The notes below the pieces were generated by a model. It was not told the DNA's origin. It saw only the letters and a program-made list of their open reading frames with translations, and did not search any database. A stretch of DNA of 64,000 nt, taken from assembly GCA_963743205.1 (NCBI GenBank), contig CAVUOW010000004.1:133327-197326 (forward strand), read 5' to 3'. Of this stretch, positions 10,362 to 21,596 are shown in pieces. Position 1 is the first letter of the stretch. Each line of letters begins with the position of its first letter. This DNA comes from Candidatus Aminicenantes bacterium. Its GTDB lineage: Bacteria > Acidobacteriota > Aminicenantia > Aminicenantales > Saccharicenantaceae. Position numbers and translations under genes: made by a program.

Positions 10362-10793
10362 TCAGGGCGCCTCGTTGAGGACCAGCCAGTAGAGACCCAG
10401 CTGGCGCACGGACTCGGCGAACTGGGCGAAATCGACGGGCTTGCGGATGTAGCTGTTGGCGCCGAGCTTATAGCTTTCGACCTTGTCCCGCTCCTCGCTC
10501 GAGGTCGTGAGGATGACGACGGGGAGCAGGCGCGTCTTCTCGTCGGCCCGGATGTGCCGAAGGACCTCGAGCCCGTCCAGGCGCGGCATCTTGAGGTCGA
10601 GGAGGATGACCTGTGGCAGGACGCACGGATCGCGGTCGGCGAATTTGCCCTTGCAGGCCAGATAGTCCAGCGCTTCGACCCCGTCGACCGCCAGGTCGAC
10701 TGAGTTGGCCACGTGGCTTTTCGCCAGGGCCCGCATCGTCAGCTCGACGTCGTCGGGATTATCTTCGACGAGCAGGATGCTTTTCGATGTCAT
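10362..10793 (-). CDS. single-domain response regulator (CheY-like receiver)
   Basis: [19 protein letters not shown]...[13 protein letters not shown]...SYIRKP. The ATG overlaps the upstream kinase stop (ATGA). Track ORF 10362-11729 over-extends through an out-of-frame stretch. Confidence 0.85.
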   Translation of the reverse strand: MTSKSILLVEDNPDDVELTMRALAKSHVANSVDLAVDGVEALDYLACKGKFADRDPCVLPQVILLDLKMPRLDGLEVLRHIRADEKTRLLPVVILTTSSEERDKVESYKLGANSYIRKPVDFAQFAESVRQLGLYWLVLNEAP

Positions 10794-11729
10794 CGGACCT
10801 CTCTTTCTTCCGTTTTCTTGTTGAGCGTGAAATAGACTGTCGTGCCCTGGCCGGGCTGGGCCTCGATCCAGACCCGCCCCCCATGGCGCTCGATGATGCG
10901 CTTGACCGTCGCCAGGCCGATCCCCGTGCCGGGGAACTCGCCCATGGCATGGAGCCGCTGGAAGGGCTGGAAGAGCTTGCCGGCATAAGCCATATCGAAT
11001 CCCGTGCCGTTGTCCTTGATGAAATAGGCCTGGCCGCCGGCCCCCTTGATCGCTCCGAATTCGATCCGGGCCGTCTCGCGCCGGGAGGTGAACTTCCAGG
11101 CGTTGTCGACGAGATTCCTGAGCACGACGGCCAGCAGGCGGTCGTCGCCTGCGCCGACGAGGCCGTCGGCCACGACCCTCGGCTTGCCGTGCCGGGCGGG
11201 CCGCGCGCACCTCGTCAAAGATCTTGCGCACCAGGCGGCTCAGGTCGACCGGCGCTCGGCCCATTTCGACGCGCGTGACCCGCGAAAGGTTCAAGAGGTC
11301 GTCGATGAGCTGGCCCATCTTCTCGACCGCGGCTATGATCCGTCGAAGCGAGTCCTTGCTTTCCTCGTTGAGCTCGGGGCCGCAGTCCTCGAGGAGGACA
11401 TGGCTAAATCCGCCGATCGTCCGAAGCGGGGCCCTGAGGTCGTGGGAGACGGAATAGGCGAAGGCCTCGAGCTCCCGGTTCGCGGCGTCGACGGCCTCCT
11501 TGGCCAGGCGGAGCGATTCGAGCGCGACGCGGAGATCGCGGTTGGCGGCCTCGGTTTTCTCTCGTTCGCTGGCGAAGTCCTCGAGGAGGTTGAGCATGGC
11601 CCGCTGCGTATCTTCGTACCGGGCCTTCTCGGCGGCGAACTCCTCCGGGGCGTGGCGAAGGACCGTGGTACCGTCATCCCGGTCACGAAGCCGGGGAGCT
11701 CGAGACGGAAGTGACAGGCCATCGGTCAT
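10790..11729 (-). pseudogene. histidine kinase core (coiled coil-HisKA-HATPase_c), frameshifted near 11185-11200
   Basis: The HisKA block FAYSVSHDLRAPLR is in the frame starting at 11729. The HATPase_c block ([24 protein letters not shown]) is in track ORF 10790-11218. The junction ..FDEVRAARP|[10 protein letters not shown].. needs an indel. Confidence 0.7.
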
Positions 11730-13481
11730 GATGCTCCGGGGCCTCCGGGGTCGTCTTGGCGGAGCCTCTCGATCTCCCGGCGCAGCCGGTCGATCTCCTT
11801 CTTGAGCTCGATCATCTTGAGCTCGCGGCCGACGGTCAGCTTCTGGAAGCGCTCGAGCTCCGCCAGCCGCTCGAGTTCCCGGGCCTGCTGCTGCTCGCGG
11901 GCCCTTTGCTCCGCGACTTTGGCCTCGGCCTGCCTCTGGGCGGTGACATCGCGGGCCGCGGCGAAAACGCCCAGGACCACGCCCTGTGTGTCCAAGTAAA
12001 CGGACGCGTTGTAGAGGACCGATGTCAGCCGCCCGTCCCGGTGGCGGATCGTTAGAGGATAATCGGTGACGTAGCCTTTGGCGAAAACCTGCTCATACCC
12101 GCGACGCGCTTCATCCGGCTCGGTGAAGTAATCGGAGAAATCCGTTCCGATGAGCTCATCGCGCGGCACTCCTGTGACTTTGATCGTCGCTTCGTTAACG
12201 TCGGTGATCTTGCCCTCCGGGCTGATCGTAACAAGGGGATCGAGGCTGGCTTCGATCAGGCTCCGGGCATATTGGGCCGCCTGGCGCTGGGCGGTCACAT
12301 CTCGGGCCGCAGCAAAGACGCCCAGGACGTGGCCCTGGACGTCCTTGTAGACCGAAGCGTTGTAGAGGACGGAGGCCAGGCGGCCGTCCCGGTGGCGCAT
12401 GGTCAGCGGATAATCTGTAACATAGCCTTTGGCGAAGACCTGCTCGTAGCCCTTGCGGGCGTCCGCGGGTTCGGTGAAGTAGTTCGAAAAGTCCGTCCCG
12501 ATGAGCTCGTCGCGAAGGACGCCCGTGGCTCGAACCGTGGCCTCATTAACGTCGGTGATCTTGCCCTCCGGGCTGATGGTGACGAGCGGGTCGAGGCTCG
12601 CCTCGATCAAGCTTCGGGCGTAGTTCGCGGCGCTCCGGAGCTGCTTGTCCGCCAGGTTCCTCTCAGAGATGTCGTTGCTGATCAGGAGGTAGCCCATGGC
12701 CCTTCCGGAGGCATCATTGCGCCGCGTGATGACGAGGCTCGCCGCGAACCGCGTTCCATCCTTACGCATCCGTTCGATCTCGCCCTGGGCCAGCCCCTTA
12801 TCGGCCGCTTCGGTGATCAGCCGGTCGACGAGGCCCGACTGGATGTCCTCCGGCACATGCAAAACGGTGGCGTCTTTGCCGATGATCTCGTCGAAGACGT
12901 AGCCGTAGTTCCGGCGCGCCCCCTCGTTCCAGGACAGGACCCGGCGGTTGAGGTCGATGCTGATGATGGAGTACTTGGTCGAGCTCTCGAGGATGTTGTC
13001 AAGGAAATTCCTGGTCTCGGCGAACTCGCTCAGGATGCGCTTGGATTCCGTGACGTCGCGGGCCGCCGCGAAGACTCCAAGGACGTCGCCCTTAGCGTTG
13101 CGGTATACTGAGGCATTGTAGAGGACGTCGACGAGACCGCCATTCTTGTGCCGGATCGTCAGCGGGTAATCCGTGACCGAGCCGCAGCTCGAAGGCGCGC
13201 AGGTAGCCTTGTCGGGCCATCTCGGGTTCGGTGAAGTAGACCGAGAAATCAGTCCCGACGAGCTTCGACCGCGAGACGCCGGTGACCTTGACCGTCGCCT
13301 CGTTGACGTCGGTGATCTTGCCCTCCGGACTGATGGTCACGAACGGGTCCAGGCTGGCCTCGATCAGGCTTCTGACGTATTGGGCCGAGGCCTCCGGCGA
13401 GTCCGGGACGCTTGGGGAGGCCTGTTTTTTCGCGGCGGGCGATCTTCGGGACCGCTTGTCCCTGACGTCCGTGCCTTCCAT
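11726..13481 (-). pseudogene. multi-PAS sensor protein, upstream part of the kinase, frameshifted near 13178-13190
   Basis: Starts MEGTDVRDK... at 13481 with a first PAS (SLIEASLDPFVTISPEGKITDVNEA). The frame breaks at ..RAFEL|GSVTDYPLTIRHKNG.., which continues without a stop into track ORF 11726-12862 (two more PAS units plus the coiled coil GRELKMIELKKEIDRL). Its stop overlaps the ATG of 10790-11729 (ATGA), so either a true gene boundary or another frameshift. Confidence 0.7.
11921..12622. repeat. tandem intragenic duplication of a 351-bp PAS-encoding unit
   Basis: Two consecutive 117-aa units (YARSLIEASLDPLVTISPEGKITDVNEAT...GVFAAARDVTAQRQA) are near-identical at protein level. A third, more diverged unit lies around 13040-13390. 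Confidence 0.8.
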
Positions 13482-13576
13482 CGTCGGGCCTCCTTACGGG
13501 CGGGGTACGGGGCCTCGGACGAGGCCGGCGCCCCGGTCGGCGGGTGGCAAAAACCATCCGAAAGATGTCGAAAGCA

Positions 13577-13606
13577 ATTATCCGCCAACCGTCTCCGGGT
13601 TGTCAA
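13577..13606 (-). promoter_or_regulatory. sigma70-type promoter for the PAS/kinase operon
   Basis: Minus strand reads TTGACA-18 nt-GATAAT, about 95 nt upstream of the start at 13481. Confidence 0.45.
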
Positions 13607-13744
13607 TTTCCCGAGTGCCGTCCGCCGCTGATGGGCAGGTCCGCGTCTTGGGAACGCGACGACGGGGATGCGCCGGGCCGAGAAGCCTCAGACCGGCTTT
13701 TAGAACAGGGTGACGACGCCCGAGCCGAAGGTCTCCGACCCTCC

Positions 13745-14272
13745 TCACGGGCGGGCCCCCTTCTCGGAGGCGAGCAGATCCGACAGCTTATCGAACGATT
13801 GGTTCCAGCCCTCCCGGGCGCTCTTCATGTCTTCGCCGGGCGGGATGCCGGAGTGGCTCAAGGTCAGCTTCGTCTTTCCGCCGCTCTCCTCGAAGACCAC
13901 GATCTGCAGCATCTCCCTGGCGAAGTCGGGCCTCATCCCATAGGAGGTCGCCGACACGATGTTGCCCTTCTCGTCGGCGAAGCTGTCCGTGGCCACGATC
14001 CGCTCGAAGGGCACGATCTCGCGGTAGAAACCGGTGTTGCAGTAGTCCTTGCCCTCCGCCGATCGCATGCAGAAAAAATAAGTCCCGCCGACCCGGAGCG
14101 AGATCCGGCAGACGGGCGTGGTGAAGCCCTTGGGCCCCCACCAGCGCTTGACGAGGTCCGGGTCCGTCCAGGCTATCCAGACTCGCTCACGGGGCGCGTC
14201 GAATTCCCGCTCGATAACGAGGACCGAGCCGGGCGCCGGCTGCGCTAGAGATTCGCGGTCCTTCGGGTCCAT
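13745..14272 (-). CDS. SRPBCC / AHSA1-like domain protein
   Basis: REFDAPRERVWIAWTDPDLVKRWWGPKGFT...GGTYFFCMRS..GFYREI..ERIV is typical of this family. Start set at ATG 14272, preceded by GGGAGGA. The track ORF extends to 14362. Confidence 0.8.
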   Translation of the reverse strand: MDPKDRESLAQPAPGSVLVIEREFDAPRERVWIAWTDPDLVKRWWGPKGFTTPVCRISLRVGGTYFFCMRSAEGKDYCNTGFYREIVPFERIVATDSFADEKGNIVSATSYGMRPDFAREMLQIVVFEESGGKTKLTLSHSGIPPGEDMKSAREGWNQSFDKLSDLLASEKGARP

Positions 14273-14314
14273 GGTGTTCCTCCCTCGAATAGAACTCTTC
14301 CTGCCCCATAAGCA

Positions 14315-14331
14315 TGGCAAGAAACTTGCCA
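14315..14331. promoter_or_regulatory. perfect 7-3-7 palindrome TGGCAAG-AAA-CTTGCCA, candidate operator
   Basis: Lies 43-59 nt upstream of the SRPBCC start and overlaps a TTGGCA -35-like hexamer on the minus strand. Confidence 0.3.
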
Positions 14332-14499
14332 AGTTCCGGTCCCTCAGGGAAGGGGCAAGCACGCCTGATGAAAGCCCGGGAGCAAAGCCGGCGGTGCGGC
14401 CTGAGGGTTCGAATATCCTATGGCGCAGGACAGCTTCCTCTGAGAGGGGAACGGCAGGAACGTTCGGGCGACTTGGCCTTGGGGTCGGATTCGGAGATA

Positions 14500-16431
<1,932 letters not shown>

Positions 16432-16433
16432 GG

Positions 16434-17666
16434 TCAGGAGCGCGGCGCACAGGCGCGGAGGAGGATGCGCGGCCGGGCCCTGCGCAGGACGCGGCCGATG
16501 ACCGCGGCCTCGGGGACGCCCTTCTTGTGGAGGGCGGCGAGGAGGGCCGGGGCCTTGGACTTGCGCACGGCCATGAGCAGGCCGCCGGAGGTCTGGGGGT
16601 CGTAGAGGAGCGTTTCGAGGTCCTCGCCGGCGGACTTGTCGCGCTTGACGAACGGCGCGGCGTACTCGCGGTTGCGCTCGACCGCCCCGGAGACGACGTC
16701 GCCGCGGATGAGATCGAGGACGCCCGGGAAAACGGGGATGGAGGCGCCGTAGATCTCGATCTCGACGCCGCTCTGGGAGGCCATTTCGGAGAGATGGCCG
16801 GCCAGGCCGAAGCCGGTGATATCGGTCGCCGTCGTGACCCCGGCCGCGGACATGAGCCCGGCGGCGATGCGGTTGAGGGCGCGCATGGAGCGCTCGGCGG
16901 CGGCCAGGCCGTCGGCGGGGGCGCGGCCGATCTGGCGGGCGAAGCTCAGCGTGCCGGTGCCGAGGGGCTTGGTCAGGATGAGGAGATCGCCGGGCCGGGC
17001 TTTGCTGTTGACGGTCATCTTGCGCGGGTCGACGACGCCGGTTACGGCGAAGCCGAGCTTGATCTCGCGGTCCTTGATGCTGTGGCCGCCGAGGAGGGCG
17101 ACGCCGGCCTCGCGGAGCTTGTCGACCCCGCCCTGGAGCATCCGGTTCATGATCCGGGGCGACAGCGATTCGATGGGAAAGGCGACGATGGAGAGCGCGG
17201 TCAGTGGCTTGCCGCCCATGGCGTAGATGTCGCTGACGGAGTTGGCCGCGGCGATCTCGCCGAAGGCGTAGGGATCGTCGACGACGGGCGTGAAGACGTC
17301 GACCGACTGGACGAGGGCGGTGCGGGGCGTGAGCTGGTAGACGCCGGCGTCGTCGCAGGTCTCCGAGGACACGAGGACGCGCCGGTCGCGGATGCGGGGG
17401 AGGCCCGAGAGGGCCCGCTTGAGGTCCTCCTGGCTGATCTTCGAGGCGCAGCCGGCGTTCTCGACGAGGGTCGTCAGGGCCACGTCCTCGGGGGCGTCCT
17501 CTTCGCGCTCGCCGGCGCAGAGGCAGACGTTCTTCTGCTTGAAGAGATCGCAGGGGCAGGGGTTCCGGGGATTGCAGATGCAATGGCCGAGCGCGATCGA
17601 TCGGCCCATGATGCGCCGGCGCCTGGCAAAAAATGGGGACGTTTCTGTTTTTGGCGCCTTCATCAC
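16434..17666 (-). CDS. selD: selenide, water dikinase SelD with an N-terminal Cys-rich extension
   Basis: [10 protein letters not shown] (Cys form of the G-C/U-G-C-K loop), [27 protein letters not shown]. The start is GTG 17666 or ATG 17663 and overlaps the selA stop. Confidence 0.9.
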   Translation of the reverse strand: MMKAPKTETSPFFARRRRIMGRSIALGHCICNPRNPCPCDLFKQKNVCLCAGEREEDAPEDVALTTLVENAGCASKISQEDLKRALSGLPRIRDRRVLVSSETCDDAGVYQLTPRTALVQSVDVFTPVVDDPYAFGEIAAANSVSDIYAMGGKPLTALSIVAFPIESLSPRIMNRMLQGGVDKLREAGVALLGGHSIKDREIKLGFAVTGVVDPRKMTVNSKARPGDLLILTKPLGTGTLSFARQIGRAPADGLAAAERSMRALNRIAAGLMSAAGVTTATDITGFGLAGHLSEMASQSGVEIEIYGASIPVFPGVLDLIRGDVVSGAVERNREYAAPFVKRDKSAGEDLETLLYDPQTSGGLLMAVRKSKAPALLAALHKKGVPEAAVIGRVLRRARPRILLRACAPRS

Positions 17667-19096
17667 GACAGCGCCTTGATCAGCGTCTGTTCGATGACGG
17701 CGTCCTCGCCGGGCTGGATCGTCCGGAGGTCGAAGAGGACGGCGTCCTTGTGGATGCGGGCGAACACGGGCGGCGTCGAGAAACGGAGGCGCCGGGAGAG
17801 CTCCTCGGGCGCGAGTCCGGGCGTGCGGATGGCCAGGACCTTGGTCGGCAAGGTCTCGACCGGGACCGCGCCGCTTCCGACTTGGGACGCGCCGTCCTCG
17901 ACCGAAACGGCGACCGAGGCCGGCAGGGACTTGCGAAGGGAGGCGGCCAGCTTCTTCGCCCGGCGGGCGAGCTCGTCGGGGGTCAGGGCGAGCATGCGGT
18001 AAATGGGATGGCGCTCGGTGAGCTTGTCGGGCGCGAGGAAGAGCTTGAGCGTCGATTCGAGCGCCGCGAGGGTGAGCTTGCCGCAGCGGAAGGCCCGGGC
18101 GAGCGGGTTCTTGCGGATCTTCTGGATCCAGGGGGACTTGCCGATGATGATGCCGCTCTGGGGGCCGCCGATGAGCTTGTCGCCGCTGAAGCAGACGACG
18201 TCGGCCCCGGCGCGGACGCTCGACTGGACGAGGGGCTCGTCGGCCAGGCCGAAGGGGGCCAGGTCGACGAGGGCGCCGCTGCCGAGGTCGTCGACGACGG
18301 GAACGCCGCGGGCGCGTCCGAGGGCGGCCAGGTCCTCGATCGACGGCTCCTCGGCGAAACCGACGATGCGGTAGTTGCTGTGATGGACGCGGAGGATGGC
18401 CCCGGTCGCCTCGGTGACGGCGGCCTCGTAGTCGCGGAGGTGGGTCTTGTTGGTCGTGCCGACCTCGCGAAGGATGGCGCCGCTCGTGGCCATGACATCG
18501 GGCATGCGGAAAGAGCCGCCGATCTCGACGAGCTGGCCCCGCGAGACGACGACCTCCTTGCCCCGGGCGAGCGTGTTCAGGATGAGGACGGTCGCCGCGG
18601 CATTGTTGTTGGCGACGGTAGCGGCTTCGGCGCCGGTGAGCTCGCGGAGAAGCGATTCGACGTGCCGGTCGCGGGAGACGCGCTGGCCCGATTCGAGGGC
18701 GAGGGCGAGGGTTGAATAGCCCGATGCGACGGCGTTGAGGGAGTCGATCGCGGCGGCGGGCAGGACGGCCCGGCCGAGGCCCGAGTGCATGATGACGCCC
18801 GTGGCGTTGACGGCCGGGGCGAGGGAGGGGGCGAACTTGCTCTCGAGGCGCGCGCGAAGGCGGTCGATGAGGGCCGGGGCCGAAACGTCGGGAGCTTCAG
18901 GGGCGGCCGTGACGTCCGTGGCGGGCCCCGGGGACGCCGCGATCGCCGCCCGGACGTCGTCGAGGGCGTCCCGGGCGGAGGCCGTCACGGCCTCGCGTCC
19001 GAACCGGTCGACAAGGGGGCCGACGCCGGGCTCGGACAGAAAGGCATCGAGGGAGGGGATGCTTCGATAGGCCGTCGTTTTCGTCATGTCGGTCAT
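17663..19096 (-). CDS. selA: L-seryl-tRNA(Sec) selenium transferase SelA
   Basis: 477 aa. ..SIPSLDAFL.. N-terminus, NNNAAA, HHSNY, and FSGDKLIGGPQSGII (PLP lysine) are typical SelA blocks. Confidence 0.9.
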   Translation of the reverse strand: MTDMTKTTAYRSIPSLDAFLSEPGVGPLVDRFGREAVTASARDALDDVRAAIAASPGPATDVTAAPEAPDVSAPALIDRLRARLESKFAPSLAPAVNATGVIMHSGLGRAVLPAAAIDSLNAVASGYSTLALALESGQRVSRDRHVESLLRELTGAEAATVANNNAAATVLILNTLARGKEVVVSRGQLVEIGGSFRMPDVMATSGAILREVGTTNKTHLRDYEAAVTEATGAILRVHHSNYRIVGFAEEPSIEDLAALGRARGVPVVDDLGSGALVDLAPFGLADEPLVQSSVRAGADVVCFSGDKLIGGPQSGIIIGKSPWIQKIRKNPLARAFRCGKLTLAALESTLKLFLAPDKLTERHPIYRMLALTPDELARRAKKLAASLRKSLPASVAVSVEDGASQVGSGAVPVETLPTKVLAIRTPGLAPEELSRRLRFSTPPVFARIHKDAVLFDLRTIQPGEDAVIEQTLIKALS

Positions 19097-19117
19097 TGGC
19101 GGCGGGACCGGGTCCTT

Positions 19118-19669
19118 CTATTTTTGGAGGGTCTTGAAACGGATCTTGCCGAAGATCTCCGGATGAACGTCGGCGCCCACGCCGGACGCCGCCAAGGGCA
19201 CGGCGATCTCGAAGGTCAGCTCCTTCGGCGGCAGGCATGATTCGTTGTTGCAGGCCTGGTAGCTCAAGGCGCCCTTGAGCGTCCGGGGCCCCGCGGCCAG
19301 GCCGTCCTTGGCCTTGATGAGAGCTCCCAAGGAGACTTCGCCTTCGTAGACGACAAGCTCGGCCTCCGAATAGGCGAAGCGGGCCCGGCGGCCCTTGGGG
19401 TAGGAGATCTCGAGGACCTCGAAATCGGGGTTCTCATCGATGACGAGGGCGGTCGGGATCAAGAACTCGTCGAGGGGCGCGTTATCGTTGATGTGATAGG
19501 CTGCCTGGATTTTGAGGATGATCGCGGCCTTGAAGGTCTCGCCGGGGCGCACGCAATCGCGGGAGATGAGCGCTTTGGCCTCGACGACCTGAGCGTCTTC
19601 CTGGGCGAGGAGAGCCGGCGCGAGCATCAGCGCCGCCGCTGCGAAAACGAAGAATTTATTGCTGGACAT
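19118..19669 (-). CDS. secreted DsbD-alpha / DsbC-N-like thiol:disulfide domain protein
   Basis: Signal peptide MSSNKFFVFAAAALMLAPALLAQ. YHINDN and YQACNNESCLPP motifs resemble the DsbD N-terminal domain. Sits 22 nt upstream of selA. Confidence 0.55.
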   Translation of the reverse strand: MSSNKFFVFAAAALMLAPALLAQEDAQVVEAKALISRDCVRPGETFKAAIILKIQAAYHINDNAPLDEFLIPTALVIDENPDFEVLEISYPKGRRARFAYSEAELVVYEGEVSLGALIKAKDGLAAGPRTLKGALSYQACNNESCLPPKELTFEIAVPLAASGVGADVHPEIFGKIRFKTLQK

Positions 19670-19679
19670 CTCGCTGTCA

Positions 19680-19708
19680 ATTAGAGACGTTTACCCCCGT
19701 TTTGTCAA
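19680..19708 (-). promoter_or_regulatory. sigma70-type promoter giving a near-leaderless transcript
   Basis: Minus strand reads TTGACA-17 nt-TCTAAT. The -10 box ends only 10 nt before the ATG at 19669. Confidence 0.4.
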
Positions 19709-19709
19709 C

Positions 19710-21596
19710 CTACTTCCGGCGGTCTTTGCCGCCGGTTGCGCCCTTGACGCCCTCCTCGAAGGGTTCGGTCAGGATGGGCACGACCCAGCCCTCGGGGCTT
19801 TCCTTATACGTCTCGATATCTTCCTTGACGGCCAGCGGGTATTTCAGGGCATCGAACCGCTGGTCGAGATAGGGGCCGATCCCCTCCGTCTTCGGATAGG
19901 GGAACGTGATCCAGGCGCTGCGGTCGTAATAGACGCTCCCGGCCTTGACCGGCAGCATCCGCGTCTGGTTGTTCGTAGCGAACGAATAGACGTAACCCCT
20001 CGACACGTAATACCACGGCCCGTTCTGGATGTAGATGAACGGCTCTTCGAGCGAGGCCAGCCCGCCGTTGAGGTTCGGCGTGGCCTGGTCCAGGTACAGG
20101 GCCGCGAACCCGATGCCCTTGGCCTCGTCGAAGAAGCTGACCCACGGCGTGTCCGGCCGGAGCACGGCCGCGTGGTCCGGATGCATCTTGGCCGTCGCGA
20201 AATCCAGGATCTCCGTCCGTCCGCCCTCCTTGAACGCCGCCTTGGTGAAGACCGCCTTGTTGAACACGACCTCGGCATCGCGCAAGGCCATGACGAACGT
20301 GTCCTTGCCGACGGTCGTGACCGACTCGACCATGACGACCGGCGACCCGGCGTAAAAATGATACCTGATGCCGATGTCGATGCCCTCGGGCTGGGGCAGC
20401 TTCCCCTTGAGGTTGAGCGAGTAGAAGACCGGGCCGGCGACCTCCGTGGCCTCCGGGTTCGTCCAGTCCGAGCTGTGGTACCAGGCGTGCGGCGGCGCGT
20501 AGACGTCCGGGTTCCAGTGGATGGCGCCGTTCGTCTCGAGCTTGTGCTCGAGCTTGATCCCCGTCGACTTCTCGACGATCTCGTAGACGACGCCGCTCGT
20601 CTCGTGGAGCACGATCCTGTAAAAGTCGTTCTCGATCGTCCGGCCGAGGCCCTGGCCCTTTGTCACCGCGAGATCGGTCACGTAGGCGGGCTTCGGCGCC
20701 GCCGGATTGTCATAGAAGACGAGGTAGGTGGCTTTCGCTCCGGCCTTGACGTCGGCCAGAAAAGCGACGCTGAACGACGTCGTCGGATGGTAGCGGACGA
20801 CCTTCGTCCCGGTCTTCGCGTCTTTCTCATCGACGGCCAGGATCTTCGGGTCGTTCCAGGTGACGACGTCGTAGACCTGACTCGGGATCTCTTTATAGAC
20901 GACGTCCGTTCCATTCATCTCCGCCCGGACCACCCGGACCTCGTCCGGAGAGCGCATGTAGTTCGCCAGGATGCCGATCGTCGCATGGATCGGATAGCCC
21001 GTCCGCGCGAAGCCGTGCTCCTCCGACACGACGAGCGACATGTAGCTCCTCCAGGCCGGGTCCCAATAGCCCTTTCCCGCCGGCGCGCGGACCGACGTCG
21101 AGAGGCTCTTCTTTTCTCCCGACTTCGGTTCGATGAGATCGACGGTCATCTTTGTCGAGGCCCCCGGCTGCCAGACGTGTCGCGCCTTGACGACGAAATC
21201 GAGCTTCCCGCCGTCGGACTTGACGCCGTGCCTGTCGATCTCGCGTCCGCCCTGGAAGACGAGGAAGTCCCGCGCCCTGAGCCCGTCGACCTCGATCCGG
21301 TCGACGCTCCATGCCGCGCCCTCTAGGCCGGCCGGCACATCCGGCGCCGCCATGGGGAAGTTGACGAAGTACCAGGGCTCGCCCGCGACCGGGTAGCCGA
21401 ACATCACGGATTCTCCCTTATCGGCGGGGGAGGAGCCGGCCGGGGCGGCGATCTTGCTTGTGGCCGCCGCGGTGGCCGCGTCGCCGCCCGCCGCCGGGCC
21501 GCTCGGCGCCTTCCCGCAGCTCACCAGCGTTGCGCTGACCGTGCCCGCCACGGCCATGACGCCTGCGAAAAATAGAAACGTCCCCATCTTTTTCAT
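19710..21596 (-). CDS. hypothetical lipoprotein, probably carbohydrate-related
   Basis: 628 aa. MKKMGTFLFFAGVMAVAGTVSATLVSCGK lipobox. Its ATG overlaps the stop of the upstream symporter (ATGA). I recognised no family. Track ORF 19710-23240 is an over-extension. Confidence 0.6.
   Translation of the reverse strand: MKKMGTFLFFAGVMAVAGTVSATLVSCGKAPSGPAAGGDAATAAATSKIAAPAGSSPADKGESVMFGYPVAGEPWYFVNFPMAAPDVPAGLEGAAWSVDRIEVDGLRARDFLVFQGGREIDRHGVKSDGGKLDFVVKARHVWQPGASTKMTVDLIEPKSGEKKSLSTSVRAPAGKGYWDPAWRSYMSLVVSEEHGFARTGYPIHATIGILANYMRSPDEVRVVRAEMNGTDVVYKEIPSQVYDVVTWNDPKILAVDEKDAKTGTKVVRYHPTTSFSVAFLADVKAGAKATYLVFYDNPAAPKPAYVTDLAVTKGQGLGRTIENDFYRIVLHETSGVVYEIVEKSTGIKLEHKLETNGAIHWNPDVYAPPHAWYHSSDWTNPEATEVAGPVFYSLNLKGKLPQPEGIDIGIRYHFYAGSPVVMVESVTTVGKDTFVMALRDAEVVFNKAVFTKAAFKEGGRTEILDFATAKMHPDHAAVLRPDTPWVSFFDEAKGIGFAALYLDQATPNLNGGLASLEEPFIYIQNGPWYYVSRGYVYSFATNNQTRMLPVKAGSVYYDRSAWITFPYPKTEGIGPYLDQRFDALKYPLAVKEDIETYKESPEGWVVPILTEPFEEGVKGATGGKDRRK

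Noticed and set aside
10362-11729. 455-aa ORF read as one kinase-regulator fusion
   Set aside because: The middle third is an out-of-frame RG-rich stretch. The HATPase_c motifs are in another frame (10790-11218), and the receiver domain has its own ATG at 10793.
14348-14438. tRNA-like signal (GGTTCGAAT at 14407-14415, GGAAG...CTTCC ends) in the spacer after selB; possible tRNA-Sec
   Set aside because: I could not build a cloverleaf. The T-stem does not pair with a 7-nt loop, no UCA anticodon loop lies in the right position on that strand, and the acceptor pairing is 6/8 with the T-arm not adjacent to it. A covariance-model scan would settle it.
14484-14494. GGGGTCGGATT next to the selB stop, matching the first 9 nt of the family-1 terminus
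   Set aside because: The match is only 9-10 nt, with no AT-rich interior or partner terminus. It is plausibly chance in GC-rich DNA, so I did not count it as a copy.
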